A stretch of 64,000 nucleotides of DNA, from NCBI GenBank assembly GCA_915066865.1, contig CAJZEE010000001.1, positions 835 to 64,834 of the forward strand, read 5' to 3'. Both the position numbers and the translations under genes were made by a program. Shown here in pieces: positions 29,690-40,994 of the stretch (position 1 is its first letter; every line of letters starts with the position of its first letter). This stretch comes from an uncultured Veillonella sp. (lineage in GTDB: Bacteria; Bacillota; Negativicutes; Veillonellales; Veillonellaceae). Below the pieces are notes generated by a model. It worked only from the letters and a program-made list of their open reading frames with translations. It was not told the DNA's origin and did no database searches.

Positions 29690-31399
29690 ATGAGCGCAGA
29701 AACAATCAATGGGGCACGCATTGTCCTTGAAACTTTGCATCGCCTTGGTGTAACCGATATGTTCGGTTATCCAGGTGGTGCGGTAATTCCAATTTATGAT
29801 GAAATATATAGCTTCCCTGAAATTAAACATTACTTTGTTCGCCATGAACAAGGTGCTGCACATGCAGCAGATGGCTATGCTCGCGTATCTGGTCGCGTAG
29901 GTGTATGTCTTGCTACGTCTGGTCCTGGTGCAACGAATCTTGTAACAGGTATTATGACTGCGTACATGGATTCCGTACCTATGGTGGCCATTACGGGTCA
30001 GGTTGGACGGCCCTTTATCGGTAAGGACTCCTTTCAAGAGGCGGATATCCAAGGTATTACGATGCCTATAACCAAGCATAACTATCTTGTTCAAGATATT
30101 CATGATTTGCCTCGCATCATTAAAGAGGCGTATTTTATTGCTGGTACAGGTCGCCCAGGCCCTGTACTTATTGATATTCCGAAGGATATTCAAACAGAAA
30201 AAATATCCATGGCGGAATACAACAAATTGTACGAAGTACCTATTCATCTTGAAGGCTATGATCCAACCTATAAAGGTCATCAAGGTCAAATCAAAAAAGC
30301 AGCTACTCTCATCAAAAACGCAAAGCGCCCACTTATCATTGCTGGGGCAGGTGTATTGAAGTCTGGCGCTATGGATGAGCTTAAAGAATTAGCTGAAAAG
30401 GCTCAAATCCCGGTGACGAATACATTAGTTGGTCTTGGTGGCTTCCCAGGAGATCACGAATTGGCTCTTGGCATGGTTGGTATGCACGGTTCTGTAGCCG
30501 CTAATAATAGTACAGATGAGGCAGATCTCGTGATTGCTGCAGGGATTCGTTTCCATGACCGCATCACAGGCCATCCAGATTTCTTCTGTAAAAAAGCTAA
30601 AATCATCCATATTGATATCGACCCAGCTGAAATTGATAAGAATGTTACAATCAACGTGCCTATCGTAGGGGATTTAAAACAGGTATTAACGGAGCTTAAT
30701 GCTCTTGTAGAACCTACAACTCATGACGCGTGGCTTGAACAAATCCGAGAATGGCAAGCGGAATACCCTATGGTAATCCCTGAGTCTAAAAATGGTGTAT
30801 TACATGCACAATATGTGTTATCTGAGCTTAATAAAATTGCCAAGGATGATGCCATAATCGTAAGTGATGTAGGTCAACATCAAATGTGGGCGGCTCAATT
30901 CTTAACTCATAAAAAACCTCATACTATCGTTACCTCTGGCGGTGCGGGTACCATGGGGTATGGCTTGCCAGCGGCTATCGGTGCTCAAGTAGGGGCGCCT
31001 AAGAAGCAAGTTATCCTTGTTGTCGGTGATGGCGGGTTCCAAATGACTTGTGAAGAGCTCATGATGGTTCGCCAATATAATTTGCCAATCAAGATTGTTA
31101 TTATTAACAACGGCTATCTTGGTATGGTTCGTCAATGGCAAGAAATCTTCAATGATAGACGCTACTCCTATGTGGACTTAGAAGTGAGTCCGAACTTCGT
31201 GAAACTCGCAGATGCATTTGACTTGAAAGCAGCGCGTCTAGATAATGTTGAAACTTTCAACAAAGAATTTAAATCATACATTACATCGGATGAAAGCATT
31301 GTCTTGGATTGTCGCGTTGAACGAGAGGATAATGTATTACCAATGATTCCAGCAGGCGGCACGATAAGCGGTATGATGGGGAAGAAAGGGGTGCTATAA
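29690..31399 (+). CDS. ilvB: Acetolactate synthase large (catalytic) subunit
   Basis: 569 aa. ThDP-binding GDGGFQM motif. FAD and ThDP enzyme family signatures. Confidence 0.9.
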   Translation: MSAETINGARIVLETLHRLGVTDMFGYPGGAVIPIYDEIYSFPEIKHYFVRHEQGAAHAADGYARVSGRVGVCLATSGPGATNLVTGIMTAYMDSVPMVAITGQVGRPFIGKDSFQEADIQGITMPITKHNYLVQDIHDLPRIIKEAYFIAGTGRPGPVLIDIPKDIQTEKISMAEYNKLYEVPIHLEGYDPTYKGHQGQIKKAATLIKNAKRPLIIAGAGVLKSGAMDELKELAEKAQIPVTNTLVGLGGFPGDHELALGMVGMHGSVAANNSTDEADLVIAAGIRFHDRITGHPDFFCKKAKIIHIDIDPAEIDKNVTINVPIVGDLKQVLTELNALVEPTTHDAWLEQIREWQAEYPMVIPESKNGVLHAQYVLSELNKIAKDDAIIVSDVGQHQMWAAQFLTHKKPHTIVTSGGAGTMGYGLPAAIGAQVGAPKKQVILVVGDGGFQMTCEELMMVRQYNLPIKIVIINNGYLGMVRQWQEIFNDRRYSYVDLEVSPNFVKLADAFDLKAARLDNVETFNKEFKSYITSDESIVLDCRVEREDNVLPMIPAGGTISGMMGKKGVL

Positions 31400-31887
31400 T
31401 GGCGAAAGAACATCAAGTCTTAATCATTGCAAAAAATGCACCAGGTATTGGTACACGTATTTTGGCACTCTTTAACCGTCGTGGCTTTAACGTTACAAAA
31501 ATGACATCTGGTATTACAAATCAGCCAGGTTATGCACGTATTACTATTACTGTAGAGGCCGATGACCGAATTCTCGATCAAGTGCAAAAACAAATCTACA
31601 AGCTTATCGATGTTGTTAAGGTTAAAGTGTTTGAAGATCATGATGTGGTATGCCGTGAGTTAATGCTTATCAAGGTAAAAGCATCTGCTTCCACAAGATC
31701 ACAAATTGTACAGATTGCCGATGTATATCGTGGTAATGTGTTAGATATTTCTCCTACATCTATGATAATTGAAGTCATTGGCAGTGTAGAAAAATTACGT
31801 GGCTTCATTCAAATTATGGAAACCTATGGTATTCTTGAAATTGCCAAAACAGGTATCACCGCTATGAGTCGCGGAGAAAAAATGTAG
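31399..31887 (+). CDS. ilvN: Acetolactate synthase small (regulatory) subunit
   Basis: 162 aa. N-terminal ACT domain (ILALFNRRGFNV). Start overlaps the ilvB stop. Confidence 0.85.
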   Translation: MAKEHQVLIIAKNAPGIGTRILALFNRRGFNVTKMTSGITNQPGYARITITVEADDRILDQVQKQIYKLIDVVKVKVFEDHDVVCRELMLIKVKASASTRSQIVQIADVYRGNVLDISPTSMIIEVIGSVEKLRGFIQIMETYGILEIAKTGITAMSRGEKM

Positions 31888-31898
31888 GAGCTGATAAT

Positions 31899-32684
31899 GT
31901 GGGGCGTGAATTACTCCATTATGAAAATGTCTGCTTTCGCCGTGATGGTAGACCTATTTTAGATAATGTAAATTGGCATATAGAGGATGGTGAACATTGG
32001 GCTTTATTAGGTCTTAATGGGGCTGGTAAATCAACGCTACTCAGCATGATACCTGCTTATCAAATTCCCACAACGGGTACTTTGCGTGTGTTTGGTAAGG
32101 AATTTGGTAAATATGCGTGGCCTAAAATCAAGGCTAGACTAGGATTTGTTAGCTCTGCGCTTGGACAATTTCAGTCAACCTTGGATAAACAAGTCGTTGA
32201 AGATATTGTTATTTCTGGTGCATTTAGTAGCATTGGTATATACCAAGAGGTAACACCTGAGGTGCGCCAACGAGGTATGCAATTATTATCTGAATTCGGA
32301 CTAGACTATTTGGAAGGTCATCGTTTTCGCACCTTGTCTGCTGGCGAACAGCGCCGGGTATTGTTAGCGAGGTCTATTATGGCAAATCCAGAATTATTGA
32401 TTTTGGATGAGCCTTGCTCTGGTTTGGACTTACCAGCGAGGGAGCAGTTTTTACGCACCGTATCCACTTTGGTAGCTGAGCAGCAGACACCGATTATCTA
32501 TGTGTCACATCAAATTGAAGAGATACTACCGTTTATTACTCATGTAGCTATCTTGCGTGAGGGCAAGATGATTCATGCAGGTCCTAAGCACAAGGTACTA
32601 ACTGATGATATTTTATCTGATGTCTTTGGACTTTCCGTACAAGTTGTATGGAAAGATGATCGTCCATGGGTGATGGTTCGGTAG
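31899..32684 (+). CDS. ABC transporter ATP-binding protein (single NBD, no adjacent permease) embedded in the ilv operon
   Basis: 261 aa, GTG start after RBS aggag. Walker A GLNGAGKST, signature LSAGEQRR, Walker B LLILDEP. Confidence 0.7.
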   Translation: MGRELLHYENVCFRRDGRPILDNVNWHIEDGEHWALLGLNGAGKSTLLSMIPAYQIPTTGTLRVFGKEFGKYAWPKIKARLGFVSSALGQFQSTLDKQVVEDIVISGAFSSIGIYQEVTPEVRQRGMQLLSEFGLDYLEGHRFRTLSAGEQRRVLLARSIMANPELLILDEPCSGLDLPAREQFLRTVSTLVAEQQTPIIYVSHQIEEILPFITHVAILREGKMIHAGPKHKVLTDDILSDVFGLSVQVVWKDDRPWVMVR

Positions 32685-32768
32685 TTATCAAATTTTTTTA
32701 TCAGAGGCTTAAAACTTGGCTTACTGATACTAAATTAATGTACGCCACATCTTGCAAAAATTTGTTAG

Positions 32769-33833
<1,065 letters not shown>

Positions 33834-33878
33834 GAGTATTACTTAGGTAATCTTTTGTGAGATTATATGCTTATTAAA

Positions 33879-33908
33879 AGCGACCCCGTAAGGGGTCGCT
33901 ATTTTTTA
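33879..33908 (+). terminator. Intrinsic terminator after ilvC
   Basis: agcgacccc-gtaa-ggggtcgct followed by ATTTTTT. Confidence 0.8.
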
Positions 33909-34006
33909 TCTTTTCTTACATTATTTTGGGCCATCTTGACGATTACATCGAAAATATTGGAATCAAATATGGTATAATAAAAAGTAATATTTGAAAGGAG
34001 TGTGGC

Positions 34007-34468
34007 ATGGATTTTTACACATTAGCCTATGTTGAAAGTCAGGCTGTAATAGGTCAAACTTGGGGCTTTATTATAATTGTAGCTGTTCTATTAGCATTGC
34101 TCATTTTGGGAGTACAAGTATTGCGAAATGGTTTTACTAGTCGCTATCGTGACTTGATGATTATATTGTCTTTAATCGTAGTGTTCTTCTTAGGGCTTGA
34201 ATACCAAGAGTATAATCGAATGAAAACCTATTCTGAGGACTCCTCTCGTATGGCTCAATTTTTACATTCTTTTAGTTCAGATCGTTCCGTACCGAGTGAC
34301 CAATTGGCGGTTAACTCCTTAAAGATTCGTAATGGTATGATTTTAAAAGTAAGTGACGCTTACTATGAGGTTCAATTTAATCCAGAATTTTCAACCTATA
34401 CGATTACACGTGTTTATAAGGTAAGCCCTATAGATCGAATTCACGATAAAGAGGATGCATTACAATAA
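34007..34468 (+). CDS. DUF3290 family membrane protein
   Basis: 153 aa, two N-terminal TM helices. Typically paired with a DUF421 (YetF-type) gene, which follows here. Confidence 0.55.
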   Translation: MDFYTLAYVESQAVIGQTWGFIIIVAVLLALLILGVQVLRNGFTSRYRDLMIILSLIVVFFLGLEYQEYNRMKTYSEDSSRMAQFLHSFSSDRSVPSDQLAVNSLKIRNGMILKVSDAYYEVQFNPEFSTYTITRVYKVSPIDRIHDKEDALQ

Positions 34469-34480
34469 GGAGGACCACAT

Positions 34481-35200
34481 ATGACAGAAGCTATGGCCGT
34501 CTATGGGATGGTCTTTGCAAAACTCGCCATCGGTCTCTTGGCGATTATTCTACAAATCAATTTAATGGGTAAGGGCAATTTAGCCCCAACCTCTGCTTTA
34601 GACCAATTGCAAAACTACGTACTTGGTGGTATTATCGGTGCCATTATTTACAATGATCAAATTGGCATTTTACAGTTTATGTTAGTTCTTATTTTATGGA
34701 CTATCCTCGTAATGACTCTTAAGTTTTTAAAAGGGAATCTTCGTATTTTTAAAGCAATTCTTGATGGTCATCCAGTTATAGTAATCGAAAAAGGTCATAT
34801 TCTAACAGAAGAATGTATGCGTTATGGTATACAAGCGGCTGAACTTAAATTAAAACTTCGTGCTGCCGGTGTTCAATATGTTACGGATGTTAAGCGTGCC
34901 GTATTGGAGCAAAACGGTCAGCTCAACGTGGTTCAATTCGGTGAAGATAATATTCGATTTGACCTTATCGATGATGGTCAAATTAATCAGTTTACCCTCG
35001 ATGTAATTGAAAAAGATAGAGATTGGCTTGAACAAGAAATCCAAGCTCAAGGATACTCTGTTAAGGACATATATATTGCAGAATATAAAGATGAAAAAGT
35101 TGTTGTATATCCTTATGAAAGAAAACATCGCCCACAAATTGTAAGCACTCTTAAAAGTAAGACCGCTCATACTAAGGATAAATTGAAATCTAAATTGTAA
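34481..35200 (+). CDS. DUF421 (YetF/YdfS family) membrane protein
   Basis: 239 aa. N-terminal TM region and C-terminal YetF-type domain. Conserved pairing with DUF3290. Confidence 0.6.
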   Translation: MTEAMAVYGMVFAKLAIGLLAIILQINLMGKGNLAPTSALDQLQNYVLGGIIGAIIYNDQIGILQFMLVLILWTILVMTLKFLKGNLRIFKAILDGHPVIVIEKGHILTEECMRYGIQAAELKLKLRAAGVQYVTDVKRAVLEQNGQLNVVQFGEDNIRFDLIDDGQINQFTLDVIEKDRDWLEQEIQAQGYSVKDIYIAEYKDEKVVVYPYERKHRPQIVSTLKSKTAHTKDKLKSKL

Positions 35201-35320
35201 TATCTATTGGTTTTTTATTATAGGCGAAATTAGTATTATGTAATTTTATAGATGTACAAATGATATGTAAAGTGTTATTAAGCCCACTATTCGTAGTGGG
35301 CTTATATAGAAAGGAAATTA

Positions 35321-37048
35321 GTGAATCGTAAAGATTTAATTGATCGATTACAAGAATTATATAAAGATGAAGACAGTCGGGTAACAGTAAATCCTCATGC
35401 AGGGCAAAAAGTAGCTATCGTTTATCCGAATACATACTTTGTGGGCATGAGTAATCTTGGACTTCATATCATTTATGAGGAAATCAATTTACGAAATGAT
35501 AGCGTCTGCGAACGAATCTTCTTGCCTGAGAAAAAGGAATTAGAAGCTTACGATAAGACTAAGACTCCGCTTATGAGCGTTGAAACACAACGGCCTATGC
35601 ATCAATTTGATGTAGTTGCTTTTGATGTCACCTTCGAAATGGATTATTTCCATATTCCTTTGATGTTGCGCCATGGCCGTGTACCTATCATGGGAAAAGA
35701 CCGTACCGAATTTGACCCTATCGTTATTGCAGGGGGCCCTTGTGCGACCTTTAACCCTGAGCCTTTTGCCGACTTTATCGATGCTTTTATCATCGGTGAA
35801 GGGGAAGGTATCGTCAGTCGCGTACTAGATATCATTCGAGATGGAAAAATGGAAGGCTTGGATCGTCACGCTATTTTACGTCAATTAGCGGATGTATCGG
35901 GTGTTTACGTACCATCCCTGTATGTGCCGATTTACAATGAAGATGGTGAATTTAAAGGCTATGATATTGCTGAGGGCGTGCCTAAAACGATCAAACGTCA
36001 CTTTGAAATGCTCACTAGCGGTGGTGAAACGGTAGTAGCTACGAACTATACTGAATTTGGTGCTATGTATATCATCGAAGTAGCCCGTGGTTGTGGTCGG
36101 CACTGTCGCTTCTGTATGGCTGGATATTGCTTCCGCGTACCGCGTGTACGTCCTTTGGACATTTTGAAAGAAGGCGTAGAGCGCGCAGAAAAGCTAGGCA
36201 AAAAGGTGGGACTCATGGGTGCTGCTATTTCGGATTATCCCGAGGTAGATGAGCTAGTTAATTATATTCGCTCTAAAGATATGCGTTACTCTTGTGCATC
36301 CTTGCGTGCTGACTCGTTAACACAAGCCGTGGTGGATGGACTAGCGGATAGTGGACAAAAGACGATTACCATTGCCCCAGAAACGGGTAGTGAACGGTTG
36401 CGTCGCGTCATTAACAAGGGTATCAGTGAAGAGCATTTACAAAATGCAGCTACCTTATCTGCAAAGTCAGGTATTCAGCACATGCGCTTATATATAATGA
36501 TTGGGCTGCCAACGGAAACCGATGAAGATATTGAGGCTATTGTAGGTCTTGCGGAAAGGACGCAGGCTCATATGGAAAAAGTTGGCTGTAAAGGTCGTTT
36601 GACGCTCAGTATCAATCCCTTTATTCCGAAGCCTTTTACACCGTTCCAATGGATGGCCATGGATAATCAAAAAGCGGTGGAGAAAAAGTTACAATATATA
36701 AAGAAAGCATTGCAAAAGAATCGCCGTATTGAGGTTCTCGTAGAGTCTCCTAAAGAGGCGTACATTCAAGGAGTTCTCGCTCGTGGAGATCGTCGCTTAG
36801 GCGCTGTCATTGCAGCATGTGCAGCCGATCGGGGCAGTAAATCTTTTAAGTCCGAAATGAAGGCTGCTGGCCTGGATATGGATAATATGAATTATCGTGA
36901 ACGCAGTTTTGATGAATTCTTGCCATGGAGCCATTTAGATATGGGCATGCAGGAGGGCTATCTTGAAATGGAATGGAAACGATCTATCGATGAAGCATAT
37001 ACCCCTCCATGTGCAGTAGGTTGTAAACGCTGTGGCGTTTGTAAATAG
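35321..37048 (+). CDS. Radical SAM protein with N-terminal B12-binding-like domain (TIGR03960-like)
   Basis: 575 aa, GTG start after RBS aaagga. CGRHCRFCMAGY CxxxCxxC radical SAM motif. C-terminal extra Cys pair (CAVGCKRCGVC). Confidence 0.7.
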   Translation: MNRKDLIDRLQELYKDEDSRVTVNPHAGQKVAIVYPNTYFVGMSNLGLHIIYEEINLRNDSVCERIFLPEKKELEAYDKTKTPLMSVETQRPMHQFDVVAFDVTFEMDYFHIPLMLRHGRVPIMGKDRTEFDPIVIAGGPCATFNPEPFADFIDAFIIGEGEGIVSRVLDIIRDGKMEGLDRHAILRQLADVSGVYVPSLYVPIYNEDGEFKGYDIAEGVPKTIKRHFEMLTSGGETVVATNYTEFGAMYIIEVARGCGRHCRFCMAGYCFRVPRVRPLDILKEGVERAEKLGKKVGLMGAAISDYPEVDELVNYIRSKDMRYSCASLRADSLTQAVVDGLADSGQKTITIAPETGSERLRRVINKGISEEHLQNAATLSAKSGIQHMRLYIMIGLPTETDEDIEAIVGLAERTQAHMEKVGCKGRLTLSINPFIPKPFTPFQWMAMDNQKAVEKKLQYIKKALQKNRRIEVLVESPKEAYIQGVLARGDRRLGAVIAACAADRGSKSFKSEMKAAGLDMDNMNYRERSFDEFLPWSHLDMGMQEGYLEMEWKRSIDEAYTPPCAVGCKRCGVCK

Positions 37049-37057
37049 GAGGAACAG

Positions 37058-37912
37058 ATGAATCAATCTGTAAAACGTATAGATGTGAAAGGCCCTCATG
37101 GAACATGGTCTTATGAGGCGCCAAGCTGGGTTGATCGATTTCCCATTGTTATGGGCGATACCTATCGTCATGGTGGTGTATCTAAAGTTCCTTATGAATC
37201 ATTAAACCTAGCGTTTCATGTAGGGGATGAAGCTCAAAGCGTACGAGAAAATCGAGCTATTGTTGCGAAATATTTAGGTGTTGAACCAAATCGTATTTCT
37301 TGTGGCAATCAAGTCCATGGTTTAAAGGCTGTAGAAATCACAGAAGACCTTGTTGGGGCAGGTGCTTTTGGAGAAGATACGGCCATCGATGATTGTGATG
37401 CGGTATTTACAAATCTACCGCATGTGCCATTATTTCTGTTCACAGCAGACTGCGTTGGCGTAGGTATTTACGATGCTAAACATCATGCGATTGCTACGGC
37501 GCATGCAGGTTGGCGTGGTGCCATTGGCCGCTTACCAGTACTTACTATTGAGGCCATGAAAGAGGCTTATGGGACCGAGTTCAAAGATTGCTATATATAT
37601 CTTGGGCCTAGTATTGGCCCAGAGTCCTTTGAAGTAGATATAGAACTAGGTAAACGCTTTGAATTAGCATGGAGAGATATGACAGACAGAGATGCATCTG
37701 ATGTTGTCAATTATCCTGGTGATAAATTAGATAAGGCTTATATCAATTTATGGAACTTTATTGGTGAGGATCTCGTTGTAAATGGAGTTCCTTCAGAGCA
37801 TATCACGATTGGTGGTACCGATAGTGTAAGTGAAGTAGACTGTTATTCCTATCGTCGAGAGGCAGGCCTAACAGGTCGCATGGCCTTATTTGCGATGTTA
37901 CAAGACCGATAA
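37058..37912 (+). CDS. pgeF: YfiH/PgeF family (DUF152, polyphenol oxidase-like) purine nucleoside enzyme / peptidoglycan editing factor
   Basis: 284 aa. TADC, HAGWRG and C..H motifs of the YfiH family. Synteny upstream of yggS-sepF as in B. subtilis ylmD. Confidence 0.75.
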   Translation: MNQSVKRIDVKGPHGTWSYEAPSWVDRFPIVMGDTYRHGGVSKVPYESLNLAFHVGDEAQSVRENRAIVAKYLGVEPNRISCGNQVHGLKAVEITEDLVGAGAFGEDTAIDDCDAVFTNLPHVPLFLFTADCVGVGIYDAKHHAIATAHAGWRGAIGRLPVLTIEAMKEAYGTEFKDCYIYLGPSIGPESFEVDIELGKRFELAWRDMTDRDASDVVNYPGDKLDKAYINLWNFIGEDLVVNGVPSEHITIGGTDSVSEVDCYSYRREAGLTGRMALFAMLQDR

Positions 37913-38090
37913 AATTCGGCTTTCACAGGAATCATAATAAAGTATGATATTTTATATATATATACATGCTTGGATTTGTGGAAGGGATAAGCCTTAAATC
38001 ATGTACATTTGACCTTAAATACTATATAATAAAATAGTCTATACAAATATATTTGATGATTATGATATATAGATTGAAGGGGGCATTCAC

Positions 38091-38777
38091 GTGATTGAAG
38101 AATCCCTACACGCTATACAGCAGCGCATGGCCGATGCTATGGCGCGTGTTGGTCGCGTAGATACAGCATTATTAGTGGCGGTTACAAAGAACCACCCTGT
38201 GTCGGCTGTGGAAGAGGTCGCACGGCTCGGTGTCACTCATGTAGGAGAAAATCGAGTACAAGAGGCCAAAGAAAAACAGCTAACCTATAAGGGGCCACAA
38301 TTAACATGGCATTTGATTGGTCATTTACAGGTCAATAAGGTGCGCCAAGCGGTTCCTATGTTTGATTTAATTCATTCTGTGGATAGCCGTAAATTATTAG
38401 ATGAAATCGAAAAGGTTGCTGCAAAGCACGACAAGATACAAGATGTATTGCTGCAAGTCAATGTGGCCCGCGAAGCTTCTAAAACGGGAATGACCGTTGA
38501 AGAGTTTCCAGAAATACGAGACTATGCAAAAACATTGCCTCATGTACGCGTAAGGGGCTTGATGTGTATGGCGCCATTTTTCGATGATCCACAGGAAGCT
38601 CGTCCAATCTTTCGCGTAGCGAATGCCTTGTTTGAGGATATGAAACGCTACTTTGAAGAAGGGCAGATTCAATATTTATCTATGGGGATGACTCACGACT
38701 TTGAGGTCGCTTTGGAAGAAGGGGCTAACATCGTTCGTGTAGGCACAGCAATTTTTGGGGAACGTGTATATTACTAA
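38091..38777 (+). CDS. yggS: YggS family pyridoxal 5-phosphate homeostasis protein
   Basis: 228 aa. VTKNHP and HxIGHLQVNK motifs of YggS/PROSC. GTG start. Confidence 0.8.
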   Translation: MIEESLHAIQQRMADAMARVGRVDTALLVAVTKNHPVSAVEEVARLGVTHVGENRVQEAKEKQLTYKGPQLTWHLIGHLQVNKVRQAVPMFDLIHSVDSRKLLDEIEKVAAKHDKIQDVLLQVNVAREASKTGMTVEEFPEIRDYAKTLPHVRVRGLMCMAPFFDDPQEARPIFRVANALFEDMKRYFEEGQIQYLSMGMTHDFEVALEEGANIVRVGTAIFGERVYY

Positions 38778-38830
38778 GGTTCGGGTTACCTGATAATCGG
38801 AAGCGTTAATTGTATTAGGAGGAAATCCAA

Positions 38831-39328
38831 ATGGCATTGGGAGATTATTTAGACAAAGCAAAAAACTTATTCTTAGGCAGAACTGATGATGACTATGAAT
38901 ATGATGATTACGAATACGAAGATGAAGAGGAATACGAAGCTGAACCTACCCCAGTAGCAACAGCGGCTCCCGTGTCCGGTGCATCTGAATTTCATCCACG
39001 CAAGGTAGGAGGCCAATCTACGATGACACAACGTCCAACAGCTATGAAAGTAGTTGTAATTGAACCAAAAGTATTTGAAGACTCTGAAAATATTACACAT
39101 CAATTGCGCGACATGCGTCCTGTATTGATTAATTTTGAAAATACAGACCCTCATGAAGCAGCTCGTATTGTAGATTTCGTATCTGGTGCGACCTATGCAT
39201 TGGATGGCAAATTGGAAAAAGTAGGTAAAGACATTTTCATGTGTGTACCTGTAAATATTTCCATTGATTATAATGACAATGAAAGCAACACAACTGAGCA
39301 AAACGAATATTCTTGGGAAAACAAATAA
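38831..39328 (+). CDS. sepF: Cell division protein SepF
   Basis: 165 aa. Acidic Tyr/Glu/Asp-rich N-terminal linker and conserved C-terminal domain (VVIEPKVFEDSENITHQLRDMRPVLINFEN...IVDFVSGATYALDG). Confidence 0.85.
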   Translation: MALGDYLDKAKNLFLGRTDDDYEYDDYEYEDEEEYEAEPTPVATAAPVSGASEFHPRKVGGQSTMTQRPTAMKVVVIEPKVFEDSENITHQLRDMRPVLINFENTDPHEAARIVDFVSGATYALDGKLEKVGKDIFMCVPVNISIDYNDNESNTTEQNEYSWENK

Positions 39329-39339
39329 TCTCTCTATAA

Positions 39340-40149
39340 ATGGTGGTGATAACTATGTTAGGTAAAACCCTATGTATAGGCGTTGGCTCAATGGGTGGCG
39401 CTCTATTGCGCGGTGCATTACAGCATGGTGTGTTGAAAGCCTGTGATACACACATTCTAGTGCGTCGCGAAGAACAATGTAAGGCTCTTGCAGAGGAGCT
39501 TGGTGTAGTAGGTTTTACTACATTGCCTAATGTAAACGAGTACAACACTATTTTATTGGCTGTAAAACCACAAGTGTTACCATCTGTGTTAGAGACTTTA
39601 AAAGAAGTACCTTATGGGACTGTTATGATTTCCGTTGCCGCAGGCGTCACATTAGATACTCTTGATGCGGCGATTCCACAAGCTAACTGGTTTAGAGCTA
39701 TGCCAAATACACCGGCTTCTATCGGTGCTGGCATGACGGCACTTGCCGGGGATGATGTGAATACTGACCTAGGGCGTACTGTACGAGCCTTATTTGAGGC
39801 TGTAGGTGAGGTAGCAGTGGTGAGCGAAGCCGATTTAGATCGCTTAGGCGCACTATCTGGCGCGGGCCCTGGCTATATGTTCGTTATCCTTGATGCTTTA
39901 GCTGATGCAGGCGTTCGTATTGGTTTACCACGTCAGCTAGCCATAAAGGCAGCTGCTCAAACGATGTACGGTGCTGGTAAGATGGCTCTTGAAAGTGGCA
40001 ATCATCCAGCAGTACTACGAGATCAAGTGACCAGCCCTGGGGGCACTACCATTGCTGGTATTGGTGCCATGGAAAAAGGTGGACTTCGCAGTGCTCTCCA
40101 AGATGGCGTAGTAGCATGTCTTGCTCGGTCGAATGAATTGGGGAAATAA
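39340..40149 (+). CDS. proC: Pyrroline-5-carboxylate reductase
   Basis: 269 aa. N-terminal Rossmann GxGxMG. C-terminal VTSPGGTTIAGI motif typical of ProC. Confidence 0.8.
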   Translation: MVVITMLGKTLCIGVGSMGGALLRGALQHGVLKACDTHILVRREEQCKALAEELGVVGFTTLPNVNEYNTILLAVKPQVLPSVLETLKEVPYGTVMISVAAGVTLDTLDAAIPQANWFRAMPNTPASIGAGMTALAGDDVNTDLGRTVRALFEAVGEVAVVSEADLDRLGALSGAGPGYMFVILDALADAGVRIGLPRQLAIKAAAQTMYGAGKMALESGNHPAVLRDQVTSPGGTTIAGIGAMEKGGLRSALQDGVVACLARSNELGK

Positions 40150-40151
40150 TT

Positions 40152-40937
40152 TTGGCAGATACTAGTAAATTAATTCGATATTTTGAAGCCAGCGGCAGCG
40201 GTGAGGAAGCTCGTCGCATGCTTGACTTGGCTGAGCAGGTTGTTAAAGGTCGCCCCTATCGCGTGGCGGATTTTACGAGTCCTGCAGGCCTTGTTATTGC
40301 AGATGCTATCAAGGCTAATTACCCACAGTTAACAGTTAAAACTGACGGTGGCTATGAAGGGGCGGAACGTATTCGTATCGCTTTTGTAGACAGCGATTTT
40401 AACGGTACTGTGGATATGGGTATTCGCGCTCTTAAGGTGAATTGGGACCCTCGGTTCCGATTGCTTACCCATCGCGATGTGCTGGGCTCCTTGATGGGCC
40501 TTGGCATTGATCGCTCCAAATTTGGGGACGTTATCGTCCAGCAAGGGGGCGCTCAGATTATGGTGGATGAAAGCGTGGCTGATTTCGTAATTCAAAACTT
40601 TACGAAAATTGCTATGGTTTCTGTATCTGTAGAGGCTATTGAGTTATCAGATATTGCACCAAAAGAAGAAAAAATTAAAGAAGTTCGCACTACAGTCGCT
40701 TCCTTGCGCTTAGATGCGGTAGCAAGTTCTGGATTTAGTGTATCTCGCACTAAATTGGTGAGTGCTATCAATGCGGGCTTATTACAAGTAAACTGGCAAC
40801 CAGCTAAGGGGGCATCCCAAGAGGTTAAAGAAGGAGATGTCATTTCCATGCGTGGTCGTGGCCGAATGAAGGTAGAAGCTATTACAGGTACCTCTCGTAA
40901 AGGGCGTATCGGCGTATATCTGAAACGATTTATGTAG
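40152..40937 (+). CDS. ylmH: YlmH-like RNA-binding protein (S4 domain)
   Basis: 261 aa, TTG start. C-terminal S4 domain (RLDAVASSGFSVSRTKLVSAINAGLLQVNW). Synteny after sepF. Confidence 0.7.
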   Translation: MADTSKLIRYFEASGSGEEARRMLDLAEQVVKGRPYRVADFTSPAGLVIADAIKANYPQLTVKTDGGYEGAERIRIAFVDSDFNGTVDMGIRALKVNWDPRFRLLTHRDVLGSLMGLGIDRSKFGDVIVQQGGAQIMVDESVADFVIQNFTKIAMVSVSVEAIELSDIAPKEEKIKEVRTTVASLRLDAVASSGFSVSRTKLVSAINAGLLQVNWQPAKGASQEVKEGDVISMRGRGRMKVEAITGTSRKGRIGVYLKRFM

Positions 40938-40943
40938 GCAGTT

Positions 40944-40977
40944 GAAAATCGGCTTGACCATCAAGCCGATTTTTTTG
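40944..40977 (+). terminator. Intrinsic terminator after ylmH
   Basis: atcggcttga-cca-tcaagccgat followed by TTTTTT. Confidence 0.8.
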
Positions 40978-40994
40978 TATATAGTAGGACAGCC

